Part shown: positions 9,727 to 11,278 of the stretch, in pieces
How positions within the stretch are numbered: the stretch's first letter is position 1
Layout: every line of letters begins with the position of its first letter
Source of the DNA: Tubiluchus corallicola
Taxonomy: Eukaryota; Animalia; Priapulida
Assembly: GCA_030141605.1 (NCBI GenBank)
Contig: JAQGDQ010000965.1
Coordinates: 1 to 11,278, forward strand
Direction: 5' to 3'
Length of the DNA stretch: 11,278 nt
Translations under genes and position numbers: made by a program
Notes under the pieces: model-generated
Database searches by the model: none
Told to the model about the DNA's origin: nothing
The model's input: only the letters and a program-made list of their open reading frames with translations

Positions 9727-9919
9727 ATTTACTCTATCTACTACAATCCAATTTGACACACGATTCTAATACAATTCAACTTGCTATGCATTTCAGTTCA
9801 CACCGTTACGGCACTAACGTTGCACCCGACATAGGAACATCACCCGGCTTCTCGGACAGAAATAATCCGGTAAAATTACGCCCGCTAAGAAACATTACAC
9901 GGTTTCTTACCATTCTTAC

Positions 9920-10029
9920 CATTAGGAAAGGTGACCATGTCGGCGTCCTTGAGGCTTGTGAGGCTCTGTATCGTCGAGTCTGCTGTCAGCTCGTCTTTAT
10001 GCTTAAGATACACGTAGTGACTCACTCTC
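9920..10029 (-). CDS. PDE8: PDE8-family phosphodiesterase, internal exon (probable end of PAS region plus linker): (G)RVSHYVYLKHKDELTADSTIQSLTSLKDADMVTFPN(G)
   Basis: Strong acceptor tttttttcttctttAG|G at 10030/10029 (phase 2). Donor AATG|GTAAGA at 9920, with an alternative at 9911 (both phase 1), matching the phase-1 start of the exon at 4246. 'RVSHYVYL' resembles the 'GKIRHYVSI' end of the vertebrate PDE8A PAS/PAC region as I recall it. An extra small exon in 4247-9910 is not excluded. Confidence 0.75.
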
Positions 10030-10083
10030 CTAAAGAAGAAAAAAACAAATCTCTTCCATGTCAAAAACACGTGGCTAATAATA

Positions 10084-10218
10084 AAGTTAATGCCATTAGG
10101 GTAAAATGGAACACTGCTTATAGAAAAATATTCGATTTTAGACAAAATGAAAGCATCAAATTGTTATTGCATCAAAATGTATTTTTGTGGCACAATGCCT
10201 GTGAATTATTAAACAGAT
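10084..10218 (+). repeat. Frameshifted partial duplicate of the LINE-like fragment at 10571
   Basis: aagttaatgcc(a/g)ttagggtaaaatggaacactgcttatagaaaaatattcg... repeated at 10571; this copy has a 10-bp insertion (ttgcatcaaa). Confidence 0.9.
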
Positions 10219-10510
10219 CGTGCGCGAGTATAGCCTTAAATATGAAATTTGAATTTTTATCTTAAAACTTGCCTAGTTTTAGTACAACACACTGAATATC
10301 TTACAGTAGCACTGTACTTCAATTTTCCCTTTCGCAAACACGTGCAACACGTCTTCGTGGTATATTTTTGCTGTTGACAATTATGTTAGTTTGTGATGTC
10401 ATCAATAGTTGGGCTCGCCAATTAGGTTCGCTCTTGGATTATCATTTGTATAAAAATGTGTACTTTTGAAGATGGGATAGTATATGAAAAATCTTCCTTT
10501 AAAGTCAGGA
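10218..10510. repeat. Dispersed repeat, inverted partner of 2630-2960
   Basis: Reverse-complement match to 2776-2942 (see that feature). Confidence 0.88.
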
Positions 10511-10563
10511 TAGATATGCCGGTTCTGGATAACTGGGGATGGCAGATGTGAAATTGGGGGTCA

Positions 10564-11067
10564 AACAATGAAGTTAATGCCGTTAGGGTAAAATGGAACA
10601 CTGCTTATAGAAAAATATTCGGTTTAAGACAAAACGAAAGCGGCAAATTGTTAATGTATTTTTGTGGCACAATGCCTGCGAATTATTTAATAGATAGTCG
10701 AAAATTAAACTTTGTGAGAAAAATTGTAAACTCTTGCACATTGAGAATTCCAAAGCTATGCTACTATGTAAATAACAGTCAAGTAAATTTAAGATTTAAA
10801 TATGGTTGTACTGTAGATCTAAACGAAAATGTAAAATTAAAAAAGGTTAAGAACTCATTTAAAGATTATGTTTTAAGATATCTATTATAGCTCCTTACAA
10901 CACTGTATAATGTAATATAATTACAAGGGAACTACAATGTGTGGTTATTATAAAGTTGAATGTCTGTAGATATGTTACTTTACTAATATCGCATTACCTG
11001 TTTTACTAACATCTTTCTTTTTGTAAACTGCATATTTTTATGCGAAACAAACTCATAATAATAATTA
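10564..11067 (+). mobile_element. Probable 5'-truncated non-LTR retrotransposon (LINE) 3' end
   Basis: Open frame 10564-10890 (VNAVRVKWNTAYRKIFGLRQNESGKLLMYFCGTMPANYLIDSRKLNF...) resembles the post-RT C-terminal region of invertebrate LINE ORF2 proteins (recognised from memory). It is followed by an AT-rich 3' UTR-like tract and a short (TAA)n tail near 11056-11067. Confidence 0.6.
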
Positions 11068-11220
11068 TTAGTCTACAAGCTCAAACAATACGATCGGTCA
11101 ACTCAGCGGCACTCAGCAAAGAGAACAAAAAAACATTAATGGTATAATTGTGCATCTTTTGATTTCCCGCATATATTTTACAAAGGAAATTTCAAGTTGA
11201 AAACAGACGATAGCTATCAA

Positions 11221-11267
11221 AGCAATACGTAACTGAACGAAGTACACATAAGAAGTTACGTATTGCT
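11221..11267. repeat. 14-bp inverted repeat with 19-nt loop near a possible TTAA-terminated element end
   Basis: AGCAATACGTAACT (11221-34) / AGTTACGTATTGCT (11254-67), followed by cggcgag-TTAA at the window edge. Confidence 0.7.
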
Positions 11268-11278
11268 CGGCGAGTTAA

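Noticed and set aside
9669-10265. 198-aa plus-strand ORF as a gene
   Set aside because: Chance read-through across a MITE end, the antisense of a PDE8 exon and a frameshifted LINE-like fragment; GTG start.
10030-11278. Upstream PAS-domain exon of PDE8
   Set aside because: No PAS-like translation found on the minus strand by eye; it probably lies beyond the window.

Overview
AT-rich eukaryotic (animal, probably invertebrate) genomic DNA. The window lies inside one minus-strand gene for a class I cyclic-nucleotide phosphodiesterase of the PDE8 family. Five coding exons with GT-AG boundaries and compatible phases can be read by eye: 10029-9920 (or 9911), 4246-4170, 4032-3671, 1861-1663 and 978-848. 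The last carries the [10 protein letters not shown] signature and is missed by the ORF track. The gene continues beyond both ends. The introns are full of repeats: hAT, piggyBac-like and pogo/Tc2 non-autonomous DNA transposons, a probable LINE 3' fragment, dispersed repeats and minisatellites. The most unusual feature is the 22-bp minisatellite at 10-863. It is a ~37-fold tandem amplification of the exon/intron junction itself (16 exonic nt + GTGAGT), so about 35 decoy 5' splice sites sit behind an immediate in-frame stop. A second exon has a 9-nt duplication giving two identical in-frame donors. An intronic inverted-repeat pair brackets a frame-symmetric, stop-free three-exon block. All coordinates and counts were read manually; no database searches were run.
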